Shown here one piece after another: positions 1 through 12,600 of a stretch of DNA of 64,000 bases. Where the stretch lies: contig NW_005434542.1 in NCBI RefSeq assembly GCF_000315625.1, forward strand, positions 1 to 64,000, given 5' to 3'. This stretch comes from Guillardia theta CCMP2712 (lineage: Eukaryota; Protista; Cryptophyta). Position 1 is the first letter of the stretch. Each line of letters starts with the position of its first letter. A model generated the notes under the pieces. That model saw only the letters and a program-made list of their open reading frames with translations. It did no database searches and was not told the DNA's origin. The position numbers were made by a program, and so were the translations under genes.

Positions 1-150
1 ATTCTGCCTCCCTCTCCTCCCCCTCCCTCCCCCTGCCTCCTCCTGCCTCCCTCTCTTCCTCCTGCCTCCCTCTCCTCCCCCTGCCTCCTCCTGCCTCCCT
101 CTCCTCCTCCTGCCTCCCTCTCCTCCTCCTGTCTCCCTCTCCTCCTTCCA
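1..150. repeat. CT-rich low-complexity repeat (ctgcctccctctcctcc-like units)
   Basis: Imperfect pyrimidine tandem units visible directly. Confidence 0.85.
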
Positions 151-1045
151 CCTTGTTCGCTCACCAGCATCTGCTTCGAAGTCGACGTCGCTGCCATATA
201 TCGCACTATATTTTAATGCCTTGTACAGACCTCACAGCAAAATAAGCCAATCGGAGATCGGAGTGAGTAACCGGGCCTTTTATATTGGAACTTTCAATCA
301 AGTGGTTTTGACTCAAGCCGAAGCTATCTTGGCCTTCGGTCGCCACCTACTCCTCCTCCATTCAGCTTCCTCAGCCTCAGTCGGGAAAGTTGCCTCTCCT
401 CCCCTCGGCCTTCGATTGCTTCCTACCTTCTCTCCTTACCTTGAGCCCAGCTCAAGCTCGGTACGGGCTCGTCCCGTCTTCTTCCTCGCCCTCGCCTTGC
501 TCTTCTTCCATGTCTTCCTCTTCTTCGTCATCTTCCCTCATCTCCACCCGCAGTCGGTCCTTCTTGTCCACCGTCAGCGAGCAGGCCAGCACGTGCATCT
601 CTGCGAATTTACTCAGTGCTATGAACAGGAAGCTAAGAGATCGACGCTCTATGTCGTCGCTCTCCGCCTCCTCTTTTGTGGAAGTTGTAGTCTGGAGGGT
701 AGTGGGTGCGGAAAGTGGGGTCATACGACGATTTTCAGCTATACCTGAAATTTAATTAGTAATATTTCAGGGTCATGTCCAAATTCTTTTTATTAATGGC
801 TTTTTAAATTTTGAAGCCGGGGCACACGCCTTCCCTCCCCTTCCACGCTTCCCCCTGAGCTGCCCCTCCTCCCTCGGGCCTTTGTCTGCCCTTGCAAGTT
901 GTACTCTTCGCTCTCCATTCTTCAGCTCACTCAGTTACAACGCTTCTGGATCTCTCTGCTCTCCTCCGAAATTTATTTCCTCCTGAGTTTCATGCCTTAC
1001 ACACGCTCACGGCCTGTGCAAGGTTGAGTTACAGATAACTGCAAC

Positions 1046-2650
1046 ATGGCGCATCTTGACAAGGAAGCTCTTCGTATCGTGCCATGCAAGACCGTTGTCA
1101 AGCCCTACATGGCACTTTGCCAGTAGATCTACCGGGAGAAGGTTTGTTTCGTCGTTTGATGGAAACTAGGAGCGACGAATGCAACAGTGATCGACAGCCT
1201 TCGAATTTTCTTGCTGCAATGGGTTAAAATGCTAATATGAATAGTCTCAGGCTTATTTTCGGACAGTGACAAAGAACAGAAAGCATGGAAATATTCGATG
1301 ATTCAAAGCTCCAACACCTTCGATGGTTGTGACATTTTGAAGTCGAGTTTTGCACTATGCATGAGCATTATTCAATTCAACATTATAATGATAAAAAGAG
1401 CAATATGAATCCATGGAATGTTCACAAAGTTGACGCTGTGATTGAGAGCAATCTCATACACGTAAACAATTTTTTTCCTTTCAGCGTACCGTGATGAACA
1501 TGCGCACTTCAATATGTCTTACTTTCTAGGTTTGCTTCGCGAAGTCCATTGCAGCCAGTGCGCGCAATCTTGAACTTTCACGGATGGTTAATTTTGTTGA
1601 GAGCTTTCACTTTTTGTGATGTTAGCATACAATCATACCTTCATTCAGGATTCTTTCATCGTTTCATTAAGGTTTCTTTCATTGCAATCATGTTCAATCA
1701 TAAGCTTAGAGTCCTAATGATGCGTTCCATACATAAAGGAGACATGCACAGAAATGAACCAACAAATGTTTGTGTGAATTTCTCGTAAAGTCAACCGCAT
1801 CATGTATGCATGCTTCTTGTAATTGTGAAAACCTCTTGTGATTTGCTCAAGTTGTCATTGACAAGCAAAACCAGTGATGTTTAGCATTAGCATTTACAAC
1901 GCTAACATGCATCACTATTTGGAAATCGTAAGATGACATGTTTCTTTCCATGATGTGCACGCATGCATACACTCAGGTGTAGACATGAGAAATGACAGTT
2001 TGATGTATTCAATTCAATCCAGTGCTGCAAGCGCATGGTGCAGGATGTAGAACAACACAAGCACAAGCCCACTTCAAGGTGGTATATTTCAGTAAGAATG
2101 AACGAGATGAAACATCGCAAAGCATTTGCAAGTCTTCATTAGCACTTTGGCGAGAACATGGCGTATCCATGTGAAACTTCAAGTGTCGCCCAACACGACG
2201 TCGTCATTAAGTTCACGCGGGGCATGAAGAGCCTGGACTTCGAAAGAAAGCGATAGTCCGATGATGCAAGTTGTAGGGCTATCTTACCTAAAGGCCGCTC
2301 TGTGGGAAACTGTTTTGAACAAGGATGCGAAAAGCCAGCTCTGCTGTGTATCCAAGAAGTGATCAATCTGTCGAACTATCCACAGAATCATGATGGTTTT
2401 GAATCGCTCTATCGTCATCGAGTCGAACGCATATGTTCTATCAAGCAATGCAGCAAGTTGCAGCACGCCTTTGCAACGTAATTTTGTATCCACCACACGC
2501 TGAATGGTTTTATCACCAGAGTGAGGGATATCGGCTGTCCGTAAACCGAGGCATGCATGCCAGATGGCAACACTTTCATAGTTCTGCTTTCAATCATGTT
2601 AGACTACATCAAGATTCGAAGTCTCTAAGCTTGCATAATCGTATCTAGCG
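1046..2650 (+). pseudogene. Intron-rich, AT-richer gene or decayed gene of unknown function
   Basis: Repeated short GT..AG segments (e.g. ~1142-1187, ~1222-1266) between exon-like pieces; early in-frame TAG; no long ORF. Confidence 0.3.
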
Positions 2651-3169
2651 CGTTGGTAAGGTGCCTTCCCCATCGCCTCTTGCCCTGGCCTGTGGTGTCG
2701 CCCTGTGGAGTAGAGGAATAAGACCACCTCTACCTTATTTTTTCCAGTGATTTCATGGGGATTGGGGGTAGGGGGTAGTGATTCAGGTCAAACAACAATG
2801 ATTCGAAATTTGGGCTCAGAACCCCCTCCATGGATTCTAAGATGTGGGGTTGGGTACTTTTTGACCACACGTTACTTCAAATTGAATCGTAACGGTAATC
2901 CAAGAGGAGTCTTTTCGACTTACCCAGTGCTAGCTCAAGTTCGAGGTCACCCGGGAATTCTACAAGTACCCCCACCGACCGAAAACCAGCTTAATACCCC
3001 GCAAAAACGGAGGGGTCGGTATCCACCCCTCCCCTGAGAAACGAAATACAAATATCGTCGATTTGTTAAGAAACGACTTCCACAAAAGACCCAGAATCGA
3101 ACGTTGCGTCCCACTCCCTGCTCCTCTGGCGTCTTCGCCCATTCAATGATGATGATGATTCTCCCAGCG

Positions 3170-5063
3170 ACATGAACTCCAGGCTCCCCGGAGAGTAGAA
3201 GGTGTCGTGGAGGTTCAATGCCAACGGCCTTGTCCAGGACCAGCTTGATCGGCTCGCTCGTCCCCGTGTCGTTCAAAGCAGTTGCATCTTCGATGACTGC
3301 TGACAGCTCGCTGACGAGCTGCATGTCCTCTTGGCTGCCTCCATTGTGATCCTCTCCAGGTCAGTGTAAACTCCAGCCACTCTCCCTCGCTCTCCTCCTG
3401 TCGCTGCGCTGCGTCGCTGGTGCCCCGCTGACCAGCCGCCTCAGGCTCCGAGGCCTGTCGAAGCCGACTGCTTCGAGCTTGGTTGCCGCAGTGCGCCTTC
3501 GAGAGAGAAGGCCCGGGCAGCTCCTTCATCATGCGTCGAGCATCCTCCGTGGAGCCGAGGAACTTGGATGCATAGCTTGGACCCGTTCCAGGACTTGGTG
3601 TTCAAATCCTCCTCCATGTTAATTCCGTCAACTTTGATGTCGGACGGTCAAGCCTCAGCCGTTTGCGCCGCTGATCTCCAACAAGACTCTCTTGACTCTT
3701 GCGATGGACGTGTTGCCGCCGTTGCACAGCCCCTCCATCTCCTTCCTCGTGAAGCGACCAGATGCCGCCGTCGACTTGATGATAATCTTCATGAGTCCTT
3801 GTCGTCTCTGCGGCTTGCCTTCTTCTTCTGCATCCTTGCTGCCTTCTTGAGCTTGTTCCTAGACACCGTCGAAGCTGTCAGCTGTCAGCTCGACTGCAAG
3901 CGCCTCCCTGATCTTCGGGGCCTCGCTGAACAGAGTCAGGTGTACTCCCTCCATCGCTTCGCTCTCGCTCCAGATGACGTTGGCCCCTACAGCGACGAAC
4001 TTCGGAAGCCTTTCTGACCTAAGCCCGGCTTTCATGGCAAGTTTGTGGATTTGCTGGCCTGGCCCAGCGACCAGCATGCCTGCCAGTGCTTACATGTACG
4101 GCAGCAAATGCTCGACCATCGATCTTGAAGTCCTCTCTTCCCTGCCAGAGCTTCTCCGCTTGTCACATTGCGGAGGAAGGAAACAGTCACCGGGATCTCA
4201 TCAGCACTCGCTATCTCGGATCTATACTGCGGAGCCTTCCACATGATCGCTTTACTCTCTTGCACTGAGTCTACGATCAGTCCCGGCGATCTCGTCGAAT
4301 TTCTTCTTCAGCTTCTCTTCATGGTTGACATATGATACACCGAGGAGATGCCCAGGAGAGTCATGGAGATGAAGGAAGTCACCTCGTTGCCTGCTGAGGC
4401 GGTGTATGTCTCGACCTTCTCCTTCTTGGCTTCTTCAATCTGCTGCATCATCATCTTGAAACCACTCTCTGGATGCGTCACTCCATCCAGTCATCGCGTC
4501 TTGCAGAAGCTCACGTCGTGCCTGCTGACATGTCGAGCGGATGGCTTCTGCGATAGCGTCGGGGGTGCATCCCTCCACAGCCTTGCAAGCCTGGGCTGTC
4601 CTGCTGTTCGGATAACGCTTCGCGAAGCTCTTCACCCTCTCGACGAGATCAGCTTCGAGGACAGAGGCATCCACAAGTCCGCTCTGCGTGTATTGGCATG
4701 ATCTCCGATACAGCATGTTGCGAACATTTTCATCATACTGAAGAACCATACTTAGAAAGCTATTTGAAGTATACAAACCTCTCGCTTGCAGCTTCCTTGG
4801 CGCCCTGGCGGCTTCCCCTACACCTGACAAGGAGCCATGCTGCCCCTAAACCCTAAACCCTAAACCCTAAACCCTCCAGTTATCGCGACGGAGTTCCAAT
4901 CGCATCTATGCACGCCCATGAGAATGCTCTTTGCAGGCCTAAAACGGCCAAACATCTTACTTTTCACAGTTATCTCCTGTCCTATCTCGACAACGGGTTG
5001 GTCGTTTGCAACGCGAAGTTCAGCGTTGGAAAGTTCGTCCTCCCCTCTTCCATCCCCTGCCAT
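3170..5063 (-). pseudogene. Fragmented gene of unknown function, interrupted by a telomeric repeat and frameshifts
   Basis: Chain of same-strand ORF pieces (5063-4860, 4830-4435, 4265-4032, 4077-3859, 3532-3215) in shifting frames; 7-nt tandem duplication at ~3873-3890. Confidence 0.4.
4844..4875. repeat. Interstitial telomeric repeat (CCCTAAA)4+CCCT
   Basis: Four perfect CCCTAAA units (TTTAGGG on minus strand). Confidence 0.9.
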
Positions 5064-5158
5064 TTTCCCCGCCTTTATGCCCTTCCAAGGGGGCTGTATG
5101 AGGGCTCGAAAAAGGGACTCCCCGGGGAGTCCGGGACTCCTCCGAGCCTAAATCCCAA

Positions 5159-5179
5159 CTTTTTACTCAAAGTTAAGTT
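5159..5179. promoter_or_regulatory. Conserved 21-bp intergenic element CTTTTTACTCAAAGTTAAGTT, copy 1
   Basis: Exact match to 42883-42903; both lie between divergent genes; regulatory role is inferred. Confidence 0.5.
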
Positions 5180-5356
5180 AAAAATCAGAACAATGATTTG
5201 AATGAGTACCACTACCCCCCATTTTGCCCTTCCCAGTACCCGTGCAAATCTTGCTCAGCTGTTTGTTGTGATGAAACCATGGCAGTGGGGTGCGAGAAGC
5301 AGGCAGGCAGAGAAGATTAGCTCCATAAACACCTAAGAATATCTTGACTGTCCGCC

Positions 5357-8179
5357 ATGGCTGAAAAAGAAGAATTGGTGATGAAGGGGGAGACATTGGC
5401 AGGCATGCTGCTTGTTGGCAGATTCTTCAGAGACTCTGGCCAGGCATCAACATCGATTATATGTGCCGAGTTGACGTCTGATGTCGACTCGCGGGCTCTC
5501 AAGAATGCTTGCAATCTCGAGCTCTTTTGCCCTCATGAGGTGAGTGGTAGAAGAAGCTCAGCCTGGTGGCTGATGAAGTGGTGAAGGATGGAGCATGGCA
5601 CGGGCAGTCGATATCCTACCCTTTATGTTTGCTAGCTGAAGATGAGGGGCTTGACTTTCACGCCGGCGTCGAATGCGGCAGACAAGCTTCGTGCACCTCT
5701 TGTAGAAGAGCCAAGGAGCATAAGGCAAAGCTTGAGGAAGCCTTCGATCTAATCGCCCCCTCTTGCTTTTCGAGGAATCTTTCCTTGCAAACTGTAACAA
5801 AAACTGACTTCCTAAAATACAGTGAAATAGTGGGGATGCCCAAGCGTTTGTATGCTCTCAGTTTGCTTGAGACGAGGCTGATAGAGGAAACTCAAAGTCG
5901 TGCTCGCTCTCTTGGACTTCCGGGGAACTTCCTCATCAGTGTGGTAATGTTGGCGAAGGCACCATGTTTCTGGGCGATGGAGACTGTGTCCAAGACAATC
6001 GCATGGAGAGTCTGTGACATGATGAGAGAAATTTCAGGTGAAAACATGACCATTTTGTCTTCCATGCCTTCTTCCTGTGTTCCTTCATCTCTCATAGACC
6101 TTTGTGATCATCGAAGGACTTGTTTGATCTCTTGTTTCGTTAAGTGCAACATACAGACCTGGAATTCGCTGGGGATGACATGCAATTTGCTCAAAACATT
6201 TTCTGCCACAAGGCTGTGACGCAGGTTCCGCCATTAGACGTTCATTAGTGGAACACGTATGACTTACCTGCAGCCTATCGGTGAAGTTTTGCGGAATGAA
6301 AGCCACTGCGTGGAGCAAGACAAGGACCTGGAGCTGACGGAGTTGAGATACGATGATTTACCGACTATTTATGTAGATCACATTTTCCAACAAGGTCGGT
6401 TGACTGAACACTTGACGGCATTGAATGCGTGTGGTAGGAAGCGCAGCTCAACGAGAATACAAGGCTCCAGACCGGAACTCTTCTCTAACAAGTCTATACC
6501 TCTCTTTGCTCAGTTGCGACCTTTGTTTTGAGCTTGACAAATTCCAGGAAATGGGAGTCTCTGTGAGCTTGTCAAGACGTTCAGCGCGGTGAGACATCAA
6601 TATAGGCTCCTGACACTTGCCAGTTTGTGACTTGGAACGAAAGGATACGATGATGATCTGGCAGTCGCTGCTTCTCAGACGCAGAATTTTATTCTTGAGT
6701 GAGGTTTGTGCAATAACCCCACCCATTCACGTGTTGGGTGATTGTGGATGCAGGACATTTCACGACTGAAAACGGTAGTGTGTTCAGCACTAGCATTAAT
6801 CTCTTGCCCAAGTTTGGATATGCTTGATAGTGGCAACGGATATGGCATGATTGACTGTGTGTTCCCCTTCATACATGGGAACACGCTTGCTTCAATCAAG
6901 TACGATGCGAGAGTGATTTGAGCTGCCTTTGTAAAATCACTTCAGGTCTTTTGCATTCTTCGTGTCTGGGACACGCCCAGGTGACTTGGATGGTGCTGAT
7001 GTTCTGCTCTTTGTGCCCCTCATTCTTGAATTCACCACTCTGAATATCGGCAAAGGTGGCGTCGAGACTGTGACGTCATGGAACAACATGGCTGTATGCA
7101 ACATCGATGAGGGCAGGGTTTTGATCCTTGACGAACTCAAAGAAGAACGTATTCACGAGTTGAATGTTTGAAGATGTTCTTACTGCTATTCAAGGTGAAA
7201 ACAATCCAAACTTCTTGTTGAAACAAAGAGGCAAACAAGAACAGGTGAGAGGTATAGGTCGCGGAATCCATTTACAATCTGTCAGGTCTTCATCTCGCAG
7301 CTTCTTCAAGATCTTCAGGATGGCTTTGCCAAAGAGGCGTCCAATTCTGAGATGGAAGAGTTCACAAGACAAAGCTTCTCGGCATTCACCGAAGCTTTCA
7401 TCTATTGCTTCAGGTAATGCCCTTTCAGCATGCTCACGACTTCAACCGATCTTATTTGAGACAGAATGAATCGAATTCTAGCTGCTGGATTTTCAGATGC
7501 ACTTGCCATATTGTACCAGAGGTACGCGTTGTGCTTGAGCTAGCAAGCTCATTTCTTGTTGTCCAAATGTCAATGCTGCTTTCTATTTTTCAAAAAAGGT
7601 CTATGCTTGTTTTTCATAGGATTAGGGTTTACTTGTAGGAGGCGAGTAGCATTCTGACATTCAATGAGCAGACCTCCACCTTTACTGGATGAGTTGAGTG
7701 TCTTTCGTCGTACTGTTCCCAGGAGGGTCAAGGGAAGGAAAATCTGTACAGGATCATCCGACAGATGGGAAAGATCACTCAAATGCTCGTCCTCCATGTG
7801 AGCGAACTAATCGTCTGCTTAGCTTGCTCTGACCGAGTTTCAGCTCCTTATCCACGGCAATTCCTGCTTTGCAGCTACACAAAGCTGGCGGAGACGAAAG
7901 CCTTGAAGGTTTTAGCTACTATTTGACGTCTTTCCGATCTGAAACATGCCTCAAGCAAGTGTTTGTTGTTCCACTGATTCGGTGAAGCCGTCGTTGCCGG
8001 CACTGCAGGTCACCTCCGAGCATCATGGCATACGTGAGTTGAATTGGTGCGCACAGGAGGTTTGGGATCGCCTATCAGACGTCTTGAAGGAGCTTGGAGC
8101 AAGAGGAGGAAAAGCTCATCATTCCCAGCCGATGAGCTTGCGTGAAGCGATAGCTCGCATCCCGGTGGAGCTCTGCTGA
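5357..8179 (+). CDS. Multi-exon hypothetical protein
   Basis: ATG at 5357; clear plus-strand introns (e.g. ~6038-6098, ~6394-6437, ~6704-6753) linking ORF pieces; no family recognised. Confidence 0.5.
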
Positions 8180-8593
8180 CCGGATATGACTGACATTTCG
8201 CTGACATTTCGCTGCTGCAGGATGTCATTGAGACGATGAGAGTCCTTGCGGTGTCGTCTCATGGGGCAGCAGCAGCTTCCTCACATGGAACCTAGTGCTG
8301 AGCGAAGCGAGTCCCGAGTCCGAATGTATTTTAACTTCGTAAAGTTATTTCAATTGTACTAGTCTGGGTTTAGGTTGAGAATGTCATAGCCTACAGTTCT
8401 TTCACTATGCTCGTTCTGACCTGTGCTCGTATCAAAGTCATTCGGCACGGTGAGATCTTGCCGTCACCTCAGCCGAGTTCAACTTTTAAGACTCAGTCCG
8501 ACCGGGCCGGGTGGCCGCCCGGCAAGTTCCCGCTACTCGAGTACCTGCAAAATCCTAGGAAGCAGGGGTAGGGGGCAGAACTGACGGAGAGGC

Positions 8594-9620
8594 ATGGCGT
8601 CGCTGCTAGGAGAGATTCTCTCGTGTAAAGTCAGCTCCTCCATCTCAAAAGAGGTGAGAATGACCAGACAAGAGCGATGGCAGGCGGGGAAGGGATGGCG
8701 TGGAAGAGGGAAGGAGGGGCATGTCTGGAAGCTGCGGTCTGAGAGGTGCCTATGGCTGTCTGCAGTATGGCAAGGACAACATGCTTCATCCCGATCTTGA
8801 GAGTTGCTGGCAATCAAAACAGGAATTTGCATATTCCCTCCTCCTGCAAGTGAAATAGTATTTTAGGGGAAACCGCAGAGCGTCACTTTAGAGCTGTCCG
8901 GGCCAAAGCGTGTTGAGCAACTTCACCTCCAGGCAATTCTTCTCTTCCTTTACCAAATGTTGTCTATTCCAGCCCTTTCCCCACCTCCCATCCTCCCCCT
9001 GTGTCCAATCAAAGGCATGACATGTGCGAAGTTTCAAGGAGGTTTTGTCGCGAAAGAGATACAGGTGGTTTCATAGACCTTCATCCTGACCTGAGTTCGA
9101 TCCAGCTTCTATTACAGAGCGAAAGTACAGAGAAACAATCGTTTCAGCATGTTCAAACATTTTATCCGGAAGATAGTAATGAATTGCAGAAATTTGAACT
9201 GAACGCGGGAGAAGCATGTATTTCTATTTTCTTTGGTTCTCGTTCTGATTTCCTTCCCAGTTGTGTCAAGACGGCTGAAGCTCTTGTTTCCTGATTCTAC
9301 TGATCTGTTTGGCCGCATTATTATCTACAGAATCGATATTTTAGGTTCAGAAGCATCCACAAGTTGAAGGATGCTTGGTTCACGGCATAACTCGTGTCAT
9401 GTTGCACGAAGAAAAATGAGGTTACCAACCTCGTTTTCACTACAAGCGAGAATACGAATGTACCAGAACAAAAGCCAGCATCTAACTTGAAGCTACATCG
9501 TGAAGTCTCCAAAAGATGTCGCAAACCTGAATCACTTTTCGTCAACAAGGTTGGCGATGGTCCCCTTTCTACGAATCGCAGGAGTCAGAGCGTTTCATGG
9601 CAGAGACAAGAATTGCCTGA
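8594..9620 (+). CDS. Multi-exon hypothetical protein
   Basis: ATG 8594, GT..AG introns linking ORF pieces 9001-9294 and 9394-9648; end approximate. Confidence 0.4.
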
Positions 9621-12600
9621 GATTGGCCCCTATGTTGGTTGCCCTTGACCATGCTCGCTTAAGGAATGAATTCTTGGATTTGCTCCCTGACCAAGCTTTA
9701 GGAGATGATGGCTGTTTGTTTCTTCCCTGAAATTCACCTTCAATATCTGTAGTCTTGCCGAGTGGTCTAGTCAATGAAGGTCGTGCTTCAGCCTGGTAGG
9801 ATTTCAACATGCAAAGGTTCTCGTCTCCTTTCTTTCATGTGAACCTTTGCTTCTCCCGAAGCTGCACCCTGATACTTCAAGGCAGAGGATCTGGGTGGTC
9901 GAGGGGCTGAGTCTGGACTCTCTGACCTTCGCACTTCGCCGGTACCCTCACATCTATCTAAGCCGAGACGCAAACAAATTGTATTGCATCTGAAGATCAT
10001 TATCAATAAAGTGACAATTCAATGAACAAGAAAACCTGTGAGTACGAAAAAAATCATCGATGCCCTGGATGCCAAGATTCTTCCGTCCGAACCCTAGATG
10101 GCACGATCAAGAGCACTTTCAAGTACATCTCAGCGTTTACCCAGGTCTGTTGAGCTATGCACTGATGGATCACAAAAAACATCGCCAGCAAGCTTCCGTA
10201 TTCCACTAGAGCACATTCAGTTCGTCTTGCTAATGTTTTCAATCCAATTTCTTACTCAATCAACAGTCTTTTGCCTGACGCCTCCCAGGTGAAGTGCGCA
10301 AAAGCTTCAGCTAAGTCGCCATCGTCAATTTGATGGCCCTTTGAAAGCATTAAATTATCGAAGCACATCAAGGAATGCACCTTCGTTGAATGGCGCGAGG
10401 GTTTCACTGGATCGACCATAGATTCTGCATGAATTAGCTGTATATCAAAGTAAGATTCGTCCTGGATGGGGTACAAATGGGAAACCATGTTGTCTCTTTG
10501 ACTTAGTTTGAGTACGAAAACTTCAACAAAAGTAAGGTTCCGTTCGCAGACCTTTCGTGTATTCAGTTCCTAGCAGCAAAGCTTGCACAAAGAAACCTTT
10601 TCTGCATTGAAAGCGTCTGCATAGTCACGTGCCAGAACCTAATTCGCTGTTAAATATCGTAGATGAGGTAGACGACTACACTTACGTGCGTCATAGCATC
10701 GTCAAAATATGCATGAGTAGGTAACTGGACCACAGGCATCTTGGCTACCCTAAGTTTCCACCATCAGACTCTTGTCATCAAGCACTTACTATCACAATTT
10801 TCGCTGAGATCCATCCGGTTTTGTCTCTTTTACTTCAAAGCAAACATTTTGTGCACCTCTGCAAACAAAGATTTCGTCAAAAGATAATACAAACTTGTGG
10901 CTTTTGATGCAGGTAAATTTACAAACCGCGCGAATGGACGATCAGAAAAATCAACAAGAACCTTTTCCTTTGCCCAAGTATCTGTTGATGTACTAGCTTC
11001 ATAGTCAGTCGACTTTCTTATATAAAACGAATACCTATAGTAATATTCCACTGCAAGCTCTGGCTCTCTGACGTCCTTTTGGGGGGTCTTGAGTTATCAA
11101 AGTCAGCAACAGGAAAATTGAATGCTTGTCAGTCACGTCAGGTGCAGGCCCATCAAATATGTCGGAGCACAATTTTTGTCCCTGATAAATATTGTAATTG
11201 GTAAGCCCTTTCATTTCTGCACCTTGTGCACTCAGCTTCATCACCTTGGAAATGGTTCTTTCTGAGTACGTCACTTCTTCCTTCTGCCCAAACCAGACAC
11301 CTCTCTGCAATCCAAGCAGTCAGAATTATCGCCTTGCTCCTAGAACACAGCACCTTGGGTGATAAGGGCCTCCTAGGCGAAGCTGGAGGCGAAACTCCAC
11401 GCTTTGTAGGACTATCTTTGCCCCTGCCCTTCTCCGTGATTGAGGCATCGTTCTGTTTGTACATCAATCCAGGAGGACTGACAGGTCTTCTGCTCAAAGC
11501 TGGAGGGCTCTGTGGTCGATCCTGCTGTTTTCGCATGGTTGGACTGGTAGGCCTATCGCGTGGCCCACGAGCTCTATCTTGAATTTCTGCAGTCAATCCC
11601 AAACCATTTGCCAATTTGTTGGATGAGGCAATTTTTTCTTTTGTGGCGCTCTTACGAATCAATACATCCTGTCGTTGGAAATCGTCAAACAGTAAAGTCT
11701 ACTCAATCTCCATGTACTGGACCTCGTCAGAGAATTTTCGGTTCGTGCTGCTTTCTTCATTCGATTCCCTTGATGGCGGTCAGTTCGAAAATAATGTGAT
11801 CAAGCATACACACATTGATCTCCGAGGAGAACTTGGTCTCTCTCTGGCTTGCATGCGCTTCATTTTTGACTGTATCTGGATTACAGGGACGTCAGAAGCA
11901 TAATGAAAACGCAAGACGATACTTCATTCAAGTCTTCTTGAGACGATTCGCGTACAGGCTTCCGATAAACCATTTCCTCCTGAGATAATTCGCGTACAGG
12001 CTTCCGGAAAACACCTTCATCTTGAGACGATTCGCGAACAGGTTTTCTGAAAGCAATATCCTCCTGACTTCCTTCCCTAGACAATTTCCGCACAGCACCA
12101 TATTCAAGTTCATGTTGAGACTTTTCTGAACGATACGATTGTCGTTCAAAGCTAGCATGTTCTTGAGTCTCCCTCTCAACTCGAAGTGAAGATCGTTCTT
12201 GCCTCCTTGGCGGAGACCTTGCACGCATGACCGTATGGGCGATAACAGAAGCGGATAGAATCAAAGCGTGCCCGCCAATGTCACGAACAAGTGTTTTGGA
12301 CCTGCAATAAAGAAGGAAAATCCATTAGTTTGGCATCAATCTAGGATGATTGTTGCATAAGGATATGATTTAGATAAAACTTCTCAGCGTCTCAGCAAGG
12401 TTATCATTGTCTGGGACAATCCAAGAATCACACAGCCAGGCAAGATGATGGTTTAGGGGAGGTTTAGGGTCTCTCAAGATAGTTGACATGGAGGAACAGG
12501 AACGAAATCTAAAAATGAGCGCCGTCCTGGCTTCAACCTCCGTGGGGGCAACAAAAATGTGGCGAAGAGGAGAAGTTAGGAAGCTTTCAAACAACAGGAC

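Noticed and set aside
221-755. Overlapping ORFs near the window start, including an acidic minus-strand ORF
   Set aside because: Low-complexity sequence with no family signal; cannot build a supported gene model
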